64,000 nt of DNA from an uncultured delta proteobacterium (GCA_963804955.1 CAWDSQ010000032.1:64001-128000); one strand, 5' to 3'. Positions 12,082-24,626 are shown, counted from the stretch's first letter. Numbers and translations are program-made. The notes: generated by a model from the letters alone, not told the origin.

Positions 12082-12861
12082 TTGAAGATAATAAAAATTC
12101 TCCTGTGGATCATAGCGGTGCTTGTTCTGATTATCGCAGCAATCGCCATCAGCACCCGGCTGGAGGGCGACAAGCAGTATGCGAAATACGCCGGAGCAAC
12201 CGCCCAAGCCCTCAAAGCTTTTCCTCTCAAACCCTATGAGGTCACAGAAAAGTACCGGCATGTCAGATCGCTGCCGCTCATGGACATATCGGTTTCCAGC
12301 AGCACCGGCGACCGCCTCGCCCGGGTAAATTCACTGGATGCCACGATGCTGATGTTTATGAAAATGTATACCCTCATGATCAGGCCGAGCTATGACTATA
12401 ATCTGCCCGTCATGTCTGTGGATTTCATTTTTCTGCCCTTTGGTAAAAGAATATATATAATTGAAATAATAGATCCGGCAAAAATTGATGACACAAACAA
12501 AAAAATCTTTTACGAAAAAATGAAAGCGCACTATGCCCGGGTAGCGGACTTTCCTTCAGCAGGAACCCGCGATTGGTATAAAGACTTTGTCACCGACTTC
12601 AGTATTCACAGTAAGGCAGACAGGAAGGATGATGCTCTGCTCCTGGAAGTCTACAAAACCTATCTCGAAGCCTACCTTGCAATGGCCCAAAATGCTCAAA
12701 AACTTCCTCCTGAAACCAGCCTCAAAATGAAGGAAGGCCTTGAAAAATATGTCTCAACCCTTCTCTCTCAGGGCGGACCGGCAGTGGATGTTTTTAAGAA
12801 AATTCTTGGCCCGGAAGGGCAGAAGGAATATGTGCGGACGGTTATGTTCGGGCTTGACTGA
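12082..12861 (+). CDS. Ferredoxin-dependent bilin reductase (PebA/PcyA/RCCR superfamily) homologue with N-terminal membrane anchor
   Basis: RPSYDYNLPVMSVDFIFLPFGKRIYIIE resembles the FDBR P..Y.LP..G.D core; C-terminal PAVDVFKKILGPEGQKEYVRTVMF resembles PA...L...FG.E.A..YI..VLF; TTG start after GGAGG. Confidence 0.65.
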   Translation: MKIIKILLWIIAVLVLIIAAIAISTRLEGDKQYAKYAGATAQALKAFPLKPYEVTEKYRHVRSLPLMDISVSSSTGDRLARVNSLDATMLMFMKMYTLMIRPSYDYNLPVMSVDFIFLPFGKRIYIIEIIDPAKIDDTNKKIFYEKMKAHYARVADFPSAGTRDWYKDFVTDFSIHSKADRKDDALLLEVYKTYLEAYLAMAQNAQKLPPETSLKMKEGLEKYVSTLLSQGGPAVDVFKKILGPEGQKEYVRTVMFGLD

Positions 12862-12884
12862 AAGTCGGCAGCAGGACAAGCTCT

Positions 12885-12920
12885 AAGCCGGAAGCACTTT
12901 CACGGTGCTTCCGGCTTTTC
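12885..12920. terminator. Hairpin/terminator between convergent genes
   Basis: AAGCCGGAAGCAC...GTGCTTCCGGCTTTT. Confidence 0.6.
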
Positions 12921-13705
12921 TTGTGTATGCCCGTATTTTAGAAATATTTCTTTAACGGCTTCTTCGGCTGCAACCATTTTCTGCTCATAATAAGCAATCT
13001 GCCGGTCAAAGCTCGACAGCGGATGAGTGAGTTTATAGCCGATAAACATCTGCTCGTGCCAGTCTTTTAACCGGGCGCCGGCGGTGCGGTCATAGTGTTT
13101 CTGCATAATAACCGCCTGCCGGGGCTGCCGGGGCGGAATACCGGGCATGTTCATGCCGGCCCTGCCCAGCACCAGCGTTGTCAGCGGCAGCACACCTTCA
13201 GGAAGCCCGAGCTTGTCCCTGAGATATGCTGCTGTCAAGCAGCCCTGCCCTGCCCGTCTCCGACAGCATAATGCTTCTGATACCCAGGGCCTCTGCAGCC
13301 ATATTCATGCTCATGGCAGCAAGTCCGGCATTGAAAATTGCGAGGCTCAAATTCACAAAAGGGGTATTCCTGAATTCAGGCAAAAAAGAATTCAGGCGGA
13401 ATATATCAGCGCAAATGAGTGACTGCATAGGCTCCTTTAAACGGTATGGGCCGGTCAAAGATCTCATGCCACTGCTCTTGTGTGAAAGTTATGAATGACC
13501 AGGTCTGGAGATTTACCGTACTGGGGGCAAACCGGCCCGCCTCAAGTATGGCCTGAATCTCCTCATCGCGCAGAGGCTCATCGCTGAATGACCGGCAGCT
13601 GCGGCGGGCAAATAAAAGCCGGATCGTCTCAGGAACCTCATGCAGGAGAGCTGCAGCGGGTTTCCCGGTAAAAAGAGTCGCAAAATTCCGCAGCCAATTC
13701 AGCAT
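12900..13705 (-). CDS. Nitroreductase family protein (NfsA/FRP-like), frameshifted
   Basis: RRSCRSF, APSTVNLQTWSFI, AAEALGIRS, LGLPEGVLPLTTLVLG. Confidence 0.85.
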
Positions 13706-13720
13706 ATGCGCGCCATGCTT

Positions 13721-14248
13721 TCATGATACAGTCACTGTGTAGATGCCCGGCAAACCCCTGAACTGTTCTTTAAAATCAAGGCCATACCCCACAACAAAGC
13801 CATCTTGAATTGAAAAGGCCGCGTAATCTATGGAGAGATTGTGGACGCGGGCTATCTGTTTTTCGATAAGGCAGCAGAGCTTTACGGATTTCGGGTTATG
13901 GCGCTGTACATGCTGCAGGAGATAGGCTGCTGTATGGCCGGTATCAATAATATCGTCGACAATAATAACATGCCTGCCCGTTATCTGGATACTGACATCT
14001 TTCTTCAGAATACAGGACCCCGATGACACCTGGGAAGATCCGTATGAGGAAACCTGCACAAAATCTATATCAGCATCAACCTTGAGATTTCTGGCAAGAT
14101 CCGACAAAAAAACAAATGCCCCTTTCAAAACTCCGATAAGAACAGGACGGCTGTTTGTATAATCAGAGGAAATCTGCTGTGAAAGGTCCCGCACACGCTG
14201 TGAAATCATTTCGCAGGAGAAAAGAGGTTCCAATGCCGGTGATTTCAT
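13721..14248 (-). CDS. hpt: Hypoxanthine phosphoribosyltransferase
   Basis: GVLKGAFVFLSDL, VIIVDDIIDTGHT, FVVGYGLD. Confidence 0.95.
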   Translation of the reverse strand: MKSPALEPLFSCEMISQRVRDLSQQISSDYTNSRPVLIGVLKGAFVFLSDLARNLKVDADIDFVQVSSYGSSQVSSGSCILKKDVSIQITGRHVIIVDDIIDTGHTAAYLLQHVQRHNPKSVKLCCLIEKQIARVHNLSIDYAAFSIQDGFVVGYGLDFKEQFRGLPGIYTVTVS

Positions 14249-14571
14249 ACTTACTGCACCCTGATGCAGCTTAACCTGTTGAATTCCCATAACGCTGTCC
14301 TGTCAATTCCAATAAGCAAAGCTTTACTCAACCTGTATTTTTTCAATTATTTGAAAAATCTTCATTTTTTAAAACGCTCAGCTTTTGAGCACAATGGCTG
14401 AAAGCCTCTGTTTTCGGCCTTTCGATAAATATTTCTACAAGGTTTTCCACAGGATACTAACATTTGGTGTTGATTATGCCGGGGCATCAATATCTTGTAA
14501 GGCAGTTGCTTCAAAACGCAAAATATGGCAGTAAGAAAAACAAACAGCATCTTATGTATCAGCGCATGCTT

Positions 14572-15474
14572 CTATCGCTGAACATAGCCGAACTTTTTTA
14601 GAGCCTTGATATTTTCGCGCCAGTGTTTCTCTACCTTTACCTGCAAATCCAGGTACACTCCCCCGTACCCCATAAACTGCTGTATCTCGAGCCGGGCATC
14701 GCGGCCGATCTTCTTTATCATGCTGCCGCCACTGCCGATAAGAATGCCTTTCTGCGAGTCTTTCTCTACATAAATAATAGCACGAATGAAGGCGCCGCCT
14801 TCTTCCCTTTCCTTCATATCCTCTATGACCACAGCGGTGCTGTAGGGTATTTCTTCCTGTGTATAGTGAAAAATCTTCTCCCGAATAAACTCGGCGATAA
14901 AATCACGCTGAATTTGATCGGATATAATGTCTTCGGGATAAAAGGCAGAAGCGACAGGAAGGCAGGAAACGGTTATATCAAGCAGTCTGTCCATATTCTC
15001 ACCGTTCAGGGCGGAAACAGGAACTATCTCGGCAAACTCCATCAGCCCCCGGTAGGTGTCGATGAGAGGCAAAAGCGCATCTTTGGCAACACGGTCAATT
15101 TTGTTGATAACCAGAAAGACCCTTTTCCCGGTTTTTTTAAGTTCGCGGGCAAGCTCAACCTCTGCATGGCGCGGCTTCTGGCATTCGACAAGCATATAAA
15201 TGATATCTGCCTCAGCAAATGTCATCTTTGCCGCAGCTACCATGAAATCGCCAAGCTTGTCTTTGGGGCTGTGAATACCTGCCGTATCAAGAAAGATAAT
15301 CTGTGCCTGCTCGGTTGTCAGGATGCCTTTGACGACGCTGCGTGTTGTCTGCGGCTTGGGTGAGACTATGGCAAGTTTTGAGCCGATAAGATGATTTACC
15401 AGGGTTGATTTTCCGACATTAGGCATTCCGGCCACGGAAACAAAGCCTGCCTTGAAACTTTCATGTTGTGACAT
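14572..15474 (-). CDS. era: GTPase Era
   Basis: GMPNVGKSTL, KPQTTR, NKID, EEIPYS, KH domain QKGILIG. Confidence 0.97.
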   Translation of the reverse strand: MSQHESFKAGFVSVAGMPNVGKSTLVNHLIGSKLAIVSPKPQTTRSVVKGILTTEQAQIIFLDTAGIHSPKDKLGDFMVAAAKMTFAEADIIYMLVECQKPRHAEVELARELKKTGKRVFLVINKIDRVAKDALLPLIDTYRGLMEFAEIVPVSALNGENMDRLLDITVSCLPVASAFYPEDIISDQIQRDFIAEFIREKIFHYTQEEIPYSTAVVIEDMKEREEGGAFIRAIIYVEKDSQKGILIGSGGSMIKKIGRDARLEIQQFMGYGGVYLDLQVKVEKHWRENIKALKKFGYVQR

Positions 15475-15695
15475 GGATTAACCAGAATAGATTTTAGTGC
15501 TGAAGTCAAAAAGCCCCCGCACAGGGCGGTGGCTTGATTTCGCCCTGAAAGGGCGAAAATCAAAAAATACGTATTTTTGAAGGCGCCTTCTTCAGGTTAG
15601 GCATCTCAATAGACGATGGGTACCTGAAGACAATAACCCGCCAAAATACTCCACCAGTCCTGGAAGGATCCAAAAAAATCTGATGGATCAGGCTT

Positions 15696-16385
15696 TTATT
15701 GTTTTGCCGATGCGCCCTGTCCCGATGCTGCCTGCTGCCCGGATTTTTTTTCGGAAATATCCATTCCCTCCTTTGCTTTCAGCTTATCGATAAGGGTTTG
15801 AAAAGAACCGTTGGCAAAAATCTCATTAAACTGTGTGCGGTAGTTGGCCACAAGCCCGACGCCTTCAATGGTAAGATCATAGACTACCCATCTGCCGTTT
15901 TTATTTATGAGCTTATAGTTGAGGGGCAGTTCCTTGTCATTGAGCAGAATCTTTGTCTCAACCAGGGCATAGCGCTCCTGCTCGATGGATTCGTGAAGAT
16001 AGGATATGTTTTTTACTGTAAAATCTTTCGACTCCTGCAAAAAGAGATCTATCTTTGAAATATAGGTGCGCTCAAGAAAATCGACAAAAATATCGATAAA
16101 CTGCTTCTGCTGCTCCGGGGTTATGTCGCGCCAGTGAGGGCCGAGGGTGCGCCGGGCCATTTCCTCCCAGTCAAATGTGCCTGAGGCAGTTTCATGAATC
16201 AGCCTGTTGCGCTCAGTTTTCTTCTCAGGCGCGGCATAGGCAGGATCTTTCAGCACTGTCAGGACCTTGTCCACAACCAGCTTGAGATTGTCGGTTATCT
16301 GCCCGGCTGAGGCAGACGATCCCAGATAAAAAAACACCGTCAGCGCTGCAACCGCTATGCGCATTCCCGCTCCTGCATGCTTCAT
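15696..16385 (-). CDS. mlaC: MlaC/Ttg2D phospholipid-binding protein
   Basis: FDWEEMARRTLG, WVVYDLTIEGVGLVANYRTQF. Confidence 0.92.
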   Translation of the reverse strand: MKHAGAGMRIAVAALTVFFYLGSSASAGQITDNLKLVVDKVLTVLKDPAYAAPEKKTERNRLIHETASGTFDWEEMARRTLGPHWRDITPEQQKQFIDIFVDFLERTYISKIDLFLQESKDFTVKNISYLHESIEQERYALVETKILLNDKELPLNYKLINKNGRWVVYDLTIEGVGLVANYRTQFNEIFANGSFQTLIDKLKAKEGMDISEKKSGQQAASGQGASAKQ

Positions 16386-16408
16386 GATATCTTTCCTCCA
16401 GCTGTGTC

Positions 16409-16849
16409 TTACACTTTTCCAAAAACAAACTTGGAAATAAGCTCTTCAATATCAACGGGCGGCTGTGTTTCACGAATCCTATCCCCGGTTTTCAGTATGA
16501 CATCGGAGCCTCCCGGAACGATATCAATATACTTCTCGCCCAACAGCCCCTTTGTTTTGATGCGGGCTATGGCATCTTCCTGCAGCTGCACAGTCCCGGT
16601 AACCGACAGCACGACTTTAGCCTTATAATTATCAAGGGCTATCTGCTTCACCCTGCCGATTTGAACTCCTGCTATTTCCACAAGAGCGCCGTTTTTAAGC
16701 CCGCTTATTGTGGGAAAGACCGCGGAGACCTCATACCCGTTAGATCCCATCACTTCCATCTTTGCATACCTGATTGACATATAGCCAAGACAGGCGATGC
16801 CGGCCAGTATAAAAAGGCCCACAACAAGTTCAAGAGTTCCTCTGCGCAT
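16409..16849 (-). CDS. mlaD: MlaD (MCE) lipid asymmetry protein
   Basis: GLKNGALVEIAGVQIGRV, IKTKGLLGEKYIDIVPG. Confidence 0.95.
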   Translation of the reverse strand: MRRGTLELVVGLFILAGIACLGYMSIRYAKMEVMGSNGYEVSAVFPTISGLKNGALVEIAGVQIGRVKQIALDNYKAKVVLSVTGTVQLQEDAIARIKTKGLLGEKYIDIVPGGSDVILKTGDRIRETQPPVDIEELISKFVFGKV

Positions 16850-16861
16850 ACCTGTTCTCCT

Positions 16862-17608
16862 TTATACGTAGTGAAGCGGTCCCTCAATGCTTCCTGATAA
16901 AAACTGCTGAAATGCGGGATTGCCCTGGCCGACTATTTCATCATAGGTTCCGTTAATGATGATACGGCCTTCATCCATCATGGCGATCTTCTGCACGATG
17001 CTGAACACGCGCGGAACATCATGAGTGACGATGATGCCGGTGAATCCCAGCCGGCGGTGGCACAGCTGAATGTAGTTGAGAATGCTCTGGCCGATAATGG
17101 GATCAAGCCCTGTGGTCGGCTCGTCGAACAGCATAATGGACGGCTGCATGATCATGGCGCGCGCCAGGGATGTGCGCTTGCGCATGCCGCCGCTGAGCTC
17201 AGCCGGATACTTGTGAGCATCATTCTTCAATCCCATATGCTCAAGCTCGGGAAAAACGCGGTCCCTGATTTCCGCCTCCTTCATAGCCGTCTTCTCCCGC
17301 AAGGGAAAGGCCACATTCTCAAAGACCGTCATAGAGTCGAACAAAGCGCCTTCCTGAAACAAATATCCGAATTTTTGCCGTATGGCTACCAGTTGCCTGC
17401 CGCGAAGGCTGCATATATTCTGATCATCGACAAAAATTTCGCCTTTATCGGGCTGCATAAGGCCGATGATATGCTTGAGCAGCACGCTTTTGCCAAGGCC
17501 GCTGCGGCCGATAAGAGCAAACATCTCGCCTTCGCGTATCTCAAGGTTCAGGCCTTTGAGAACCTGGTTGCCATTAAAGCTTTTGTATGCGTCACGAACG
17601 GTGATCAT
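16862..17608 (-). CDS. mlaF: MlaF ABC transporter ATPase
   Basis: GRSGLGKS, FQEGALFDSMTV, LSGGMRKR, DEPTTGLDP. Confidence 0.93.
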   Translation of the reverse strand: MITVRDAYKSFNGNQVLKGLNLEIREGEMFALIGRSGLGKSVLLKHIIGLMQPDKGEIFVDDQNICSLRGRQLVAIRQKFGYLFQEGALFDSMTVFENVAFPLREKTAMKEAEIRDRVFPELEHMGLKNDAHKYPAELSGGMRKRTSLARAMIMQPSIMLFDEPTTGLDPIIGQSILNYIQLCHRRLGFTGIIVTHDVPRVFSIVQKIAMMDEGRIIINGTYDEIVGQGNPAFQQFLSGSIEGPLHYV

Positions 17609-17611
17609 TGT

Positions 17612-18385
17612 TTAAAGCGAAATTGACGTTATAAAATAATCCCATACAAGAATCAGCACGGAAGATATGACCACGGACTCTGTTGTGGCCTTGCCAACGC
17701 CCTTGGCTCCGAATTCAGTAAAATAGCCCTTGTAGCAGCAGACCCACGAGACAATCAGGCCAAAGCTCAAAGACTTAGTTATCCCCATGGTGATATCCTT
17801 CATGTCGACAAAATTGCTCATTTCTCCGAAATAGGTGCCCTCGCTCACCCCAAGCAGCTTCACGCCGACAAGGTAGCCGCCCCAGATGCCGATCATGCTG
17901 AAAAATGCCCCCAGCAGGGGAAATGAAATAACCGCTGCAACCATATTGGGAACAACAAGATACCGGTAGGGATTAACCGCCATTATTTCCAGGGCATCGA
18001 TCTGCTCGGTGATGCGCATAATGCCGATTTCCGAGGCGAGCGCTGATCCTGCGCGGCCGGTTATCATGAGAGCCGATATCACCGGCCCGAGTTCGCGAAG
18101 AAGGGAAAGGGCAACTGTGGGCCCGAGCAGTGCTTCTCCGCCGAACTTGCTCAGGGCATAAAAAACCTGCAGCGCAAAGACCATGCCGGTAAAAGCGCCG
18201 GTCAGCAGCACAATGACCGTTGACTTGACGCCGATGAAGGTAATCTGCTCGAGCACCCGCTTGAATTTAAGCGGCGAGCCGAAAAGCCAGAAAAGCGCTG
18301 TCAGCAGAAACATGCCATAGGAGCCGAGCATTTCCAGCACACCCAGCACACCACGGCCTAATCCTCTGATACAGGAAATAAACAC
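17612..18385 (-). CDS. mlaE: MlaE ABC permease
   Basis: RELGPVISALMITGRAGS, MRITEQIDAL, GVGKATT. Confidence 0.95.
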   Translation of the reverse strand: MFISCIRGLGRGVLGVLEMLGSYGMFLLTALFWLFGSPLKFKRVLEQITFIGVKSTVIVLLTGAFTGMVFALQVFYALSKFGGEALLGPTVALSLLRELGPVISALMITGRAGSALASEIGIMRITEQIDALEIMAVNPYRYLVVPNMVAAVISFPLLGAFFSMIGIWGGYLVGVKLLGVSEGTYFGEMSNFVDMKDITMGITKSLSFGLIVSWVCCYKGYFTEFGAKGVGKATTESVVISSVLILVWDYFITSISL

Positions 18386-18590
18386 AGTTCTCCTTAAAAA
18401 AATCAGTCAAACAATTATATAGAGATTAGCCTTTCAGTACAAGCAAAAACACTGCATACTGTTTGAACGTGTACGCCCGACGGCGCTTGAATGAAAGTGG
18501 TTTCATACAAACACTTTACGCAGCAAATGGTGAACCGGAGAGTTTGAAAACTTGACACAGCAGCTTATTTTGTGTAGTTGTTTTTATTAA

Positions 18591-20091
<1,501 letters not shown>

Positions 20092-20099
20092 AGCCCTCA

Positions 20100-21653
20100 A
20101 TGCAGCTTGAACAGCAAAAGATTATCATTCTTGATTTCGGCTCTCAATACACCCAGCTCATAGCCCGCCGCGTCCGGGAAGCAAAGGTGTATTCCGAGAT
20201 ACATCCGTTTAACATCACGCTGGAAAAGCTCAAAGCGCTGAAACCAACCGGCATCATCCTTTCGGGCGGACCGTCAAGCGTCTATGATCAGGGTGCGCCC
20301 ATTATTGCTGCTGAAACATTTGACCTTGGCGTGCCGGTGCTGGGCATCTGCTACGGCATGCAGCTGACATCGCATCTGCTGGGCGGCAAGGTTGCATCCC
20401 TGCAGCAAGCGTGAATACGGCAAAGCAGAGCTCACCATCGACTCAAATGATGATCTTTTTAAAGACTTTGACACCGGGCAGCACACTCCAGGTCTGGATG
20501 AGCCACGGCGACCGCCTTGAAATTGTACCTCCCGGGTTTGAGTCCATCGGCCACAGCGGCAATTCCCCGTCTTGCAGCCATGCGCAACAAAGCGCGCCGC
20601 ATCTACGGCGTGCAGTTTCATCCGGAGGTTGTCCATACGCCCCAGGGACGCCGGATTCTGGAAAATTTCATTTTCACCATCTGCAGCTGCGAGCCTGTCT
20701 GGACCATGAAATCATTCATCCAGCAGTCCATCGAAAGCATCAGGGCAAAAGTAGGCGATAAAAAAGTCATTTGCGGCTGCAGCGGCGGCGTTGATTCAAC
20801 CGTGGCAGCCGTGCTGATAGATAAGGCAATAGGCCGCCAGCTGACGAGCATATTTGTCGATAACGGCGTTCTGAGAAAAAACGAATTTGAAACCGTTTCG
20901 CGCCTGCTGCGGGAGACATTCTCTATAAACCTTGTGGCAGTTGATGCCTCAAAGCGATTTTTGGACAAGCTTGCCGGCATTGACGACCCTGAGCAGAAGC
21001 GAAAAATAATCGGAAATGAGTTCATTTCCGTATTTGACGAAGAAGCGCGAAAAATCGGAAAAATTGATTTTCTTGCACAGGGAACCCTGTACCCGGATGT
21101 TATCGAAAGCGTCTCTTTTAAAGGGCCTTCGGCAACCATAAAGAGCCATCATAATGTCGGCGGCCTGCCTGAAAAAATGCATCTCAAACTTCTTGAACCC
21201 TTCCGGGAGCTCTTCAAGGACGAAGTCAGGGAAATAGGCAAAGAGCTTGGCATTCCTGATGATTTAGTACAGCGGCAGCCTTTTCCCGGGCCGGGCCTTG
21301 CCATACGCCTTATCGGGCCGGTGACTGAGCCGGATCTCAAGCTTCTGCGGGAGGCGGATGCCATAATTATTGAAGAATTTAAAAATGCCGACCTGTACCA
21401 CAGTGTGTGGCAATCCTTTGCCGTTCTGCTGCCCATCAAAACCGTTGGCGTCATGGGCGATGAGCGCACCTATGAAAAAGTCATCGTGCTGCGGGTTGTT
21501 GAAAGCGTCGATGGCATGACCGCCGACTGGGTAAAAGTTCCCTATGACCTTCTCGGCCGAATTTCAAACCGCATTATCAACGAGGTAAAAGGCGTCAACC
21601 GCGTTACCTACGATATCTCATCAAAGCCGCCAAGCACGATTGAGTGGGAATAA
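20100..21653 (+). CDS. guaA: GMP synthase (glutamine-hydrolysing), frameshifted
   Basis: [47 protein letters not shown]. Confidence 0.97.
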
Positions 21654-21725
21654 CCAGGCGCCCATTCTTTCGGTACCGTGTTCTGCAGCAAACAGCTGAA
21701 AAAAATTCGTTAAGCACTCTAATAG

Positions 21726-21760
21726 AAAAGGCGGCAGGCAAGAAGCCTGACCGCCTTTTC
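21726..21760. terminator. Bidirectional terminator between guaA and trpA
   Basis: AAAAGGCGGCAGGC...GCCTGACCGCCTTTT. Confidence 0.65.
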
Positions 21761-21817
21761 TTATAATTCCGCACGAAAAATCACCAGCCATAAGCATACA
21801 CTTCCAGGCCTGTCTGC

Positions 21818-22615
21818 TTAAAGGCAGGTTGCCTCTTTCAGCTGCCGAACAAAATCACCGACTTTGGCAAGCAGATCGGGCTTTCCGGCATGAGCCTCTA
21901 CCTCTTTGATAATTGCGCTGCCGACAATAATCGCATCGGCAAAACGTGCAATTTCCCGAACATGCTCCGGCCTTGAAACGCCAAAGCCAATGCCCACGGG
22001 CAGATCGGTAAACTTTCTGATTTTATCAACTGAGGCTTCCATCATGTCGGCAAGGCTTTCACGGGCGCCGGTAACACCTGTTATTGAAACATAATACACA
22101 AAACCGGACGACACATCGGTGACCTTGCGTATGCGCTCATCAGTGCTTGTAGGAGCAAGCAGAAAAATCATGTCCAGGTGCTGCGCGTCAGCAGCCTTTT
22201 TAAGCTCTGCAGCCTCCTCAGGCGGCAGATCAACAACCAGAAAGCCGTCAACGCCGGCATCGCGGGCATCACGTGCCAGGCGTTCAAGCCCGTACTGCAG
22301 CAGCGGATTATAGTATCCGAACAGAATCAGCGGCGCCTGTGAATACGTGCGGAATTTCTTTACAAGCCCGAGAATAGCTTCCATGGAAAACGGATGCTCA
22401 AGAGACCGCTGCGCTGCGGCTTGAATAGTTGGGCCGTCTGCCATGGGATCGGAAAACGGCACGCCGAGCTCTATCATGTCGGTACCGCTTTCAACCAGGC
22501 ATTTCAGAAGCTGCCCGGTTGTTGCCATATCCGGATCGCCCGCTGTAATATAGGCAATAAGGGCTTTTTCTTTTTTCTTCCGCAGTTCATTAAACATGTT
22601 TGCTATTCGTGACAT
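21818..22615 (-). CDS. trpA: Tryptophan synthase alpha chain
   Basis: ELGVPFSDPMADGPTIQ, VDLPPEE, GVTGAR, GFGVS. Confidence 0.97.
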   Translation of the reverse strand: MSRIANMFNELRKKKEKALIAYITAGDPDMATTGQLLKCLVESGTDMIELGVPFSDPMADGPTIQAAAQRSLEHPFSMEAILGLVKKFRTYSQAPLILFGYYNPLLQYGLERLARDARDAGVDGFLVVDLPPEEAAELKKAADAQHLDMIFLLAPTSTDERIRKVTDVSSGFVYYVSITGVTGARESLADMMEASVDKIRKFTDLPVGIGFGVSRPEHVREIARFADAIIVGSAIIKEVEAHAGKPDLLAKVGDFVRQLKEATCL

Positions 22616-22630
22616 AGTGTCCCTTTCTGG

Positions 22631-23821
22631 TCAGACGGCAGGATCCATCTTCTCTGCTACAATATGAATATCCTTATCGCCCCTGCCCGAAAGATTAATG
22701 ATGACAATTGAATCCTTTTTCAAAGTCGCAGCCAGCCTTCATCACATAGGCCACAGCATGCGAGCTCTCCAGCGCCGGGATAATTCCTTCGGTGCGGCAC
22801 AGCTCGTGAAAAGCTGCAAGGGCCTCATCATCTGTCACCGACACATACTGAGCGCGGCCCGAATCTTTCAGCCAGCTGTGCTCAGGGCCCACACCCGGAT
22901 AATCAAGCCCGGGGGCTATGGAATGGGCTGTGGATATCTGGCCCTGGTCGTCCTGCAAAAGATAACTCTTGGCGCCATGAAGAACGCCCTGCCTGCCGGC
23001 ACACAGCGATGCGGAATGAGGCCCGTTGCCGATGCCGTGGCCTGCGGCTTCAACGCCAACCATGGCAACATCATTGTCTTCGATGAAGGGATAGAAAAGG
23101 CCCATGGCATTGCTGCCGCCGCCGACACAGGCGGTCACAAGATCAGGAAGCCTGCCCTCTTTTTCAAGTATCTGAGCTTTTGCTTCATCGCCGATGACAC
23201 GCTGAAAATCACGAACAATCAGCGGGTACGGATGAGGGCCCGGCAACCGAGCCGATTATGTAAAAGGTGTTGCGCACATAGGTTATCCAGTCGCGCATGG
23301 CTTCATTCATGGCATCTTTGAGCGTCCGGCTGCCCGATGTTACGGGTATGACGCGCGCGCCCAGCAGCTTCATGCGAAAAACATTGGGCTCCTGGCGCTT
23401 TACATCTTCTGCAGCCCATAAAAACATCGCACTCAAGGCCAAAGCGCGCCGCAACTGTGGCCGTTGCAACGCCATGCTGCCCGGCGCCTGTCTCAGCGAT
23501 AATGCGGGTCTTGCCCATGCGCCGGGCCAGCAGTATCTGGCCGACCGTATTATTGATTTTATGGGCGCCCGTGTGGTTCAAATCTTCCCGCTTGAGATAC
23601 ACTTTAAGCCCGAGCTTTTCAGACAGGCGCTGGGCAAAATACAGCGGATTCGGGCGGCCGACAAACTCTCGCAGAAAATAGGCCAGCTCAGCCTTGAATT
23701 CAGGATCGTCGCGATACGTGTTGTAGGCCTGCTCCAGCTCGATGAGGGCCGGCATCAGTGTTTCGGATACATACCGGCCGCCATAGGGCCCGTAATGACC
23801 TGTTGCATCAGGATACTTCAT
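22631..23821 (-). CDS. trpB: Tryptophan synthase beta chain, frameshifted
   Basis: [45 protein letters not shown]. Confidence 0.97.
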
Positions 23822-23839
23822 GTGCGCTCCAATAAAAAA

Positions 23840-24626
23840 TTACAACTTCTATTAATTCTGCAAGTTTTGCCCCGGGGCTTTCCTGCCGCATGAGCGATTC
23901 GCCGATGAGAAAAGCATCGACTCCTGAGCTGCTGAGCATCAGAATATCAGCCCGCGAGGCAATGCCGCTTTCACTCACAACTATTCTATCGTCAGGAATA
24001 TCCTGTATAAGTTCAACCGTAGTCGCAATATCGGTTTTGAAAGTTTAGAGATTCCTATTGTTTATCCCGATAATGCGCGCACCGGTTGCAAGCACCATGT
24101 CAAGCTCTTCCCGGCTGTGCACCTCGACAAGAGCATCCATGCCGAGGTCTCGCGTCAGGCGACAGCAGCTCACAGAGCTTGTCCTTCTCAAGAATCGCCG
24201 CAATCAGCAGCAGGGCATCTGCGCCCAGCGCCCGTGCTTCATAAATCTGGTACACATCAAAAAGAAAATCTTTACGTAAAACCGGTATGCTCACCTGCTT
24301 TTTTATTGCCGGCAGGTATTCAGGGCTGCCCTGAAAAAAACGCTGTCTCGGTCAGCACCGATATGGCTGCTGCGCCATGTGCTTCATAGTCGAGCGCTAT
24401 AGCAACCGGATCAAAATGCTCACGAATGACGCCTTTTGACGGTGATGCTTTTTTTACCTCGGCAATGATGGCAGCCTGCCCGCCTCTGTCGCGCGTGAGC
24501 GCCTCAGCAAAACCGCGTGGCACAGGCTGATGCTTGTATGAGCTCTTTGAGCACTGATAGGGGCCGCGCGCATATGGAGGCAAAGACCTCTTCCTTCTTA
24601 TGGGCGACTATGGTGTCAAGTATCAT
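23840..24626 (-). CDS. trpC: Indole-3-glycerol phosphate synthase, frameshifted (3' end approximate)
   Basis: [38 protein letters not shown]. Confidence 0.93.
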
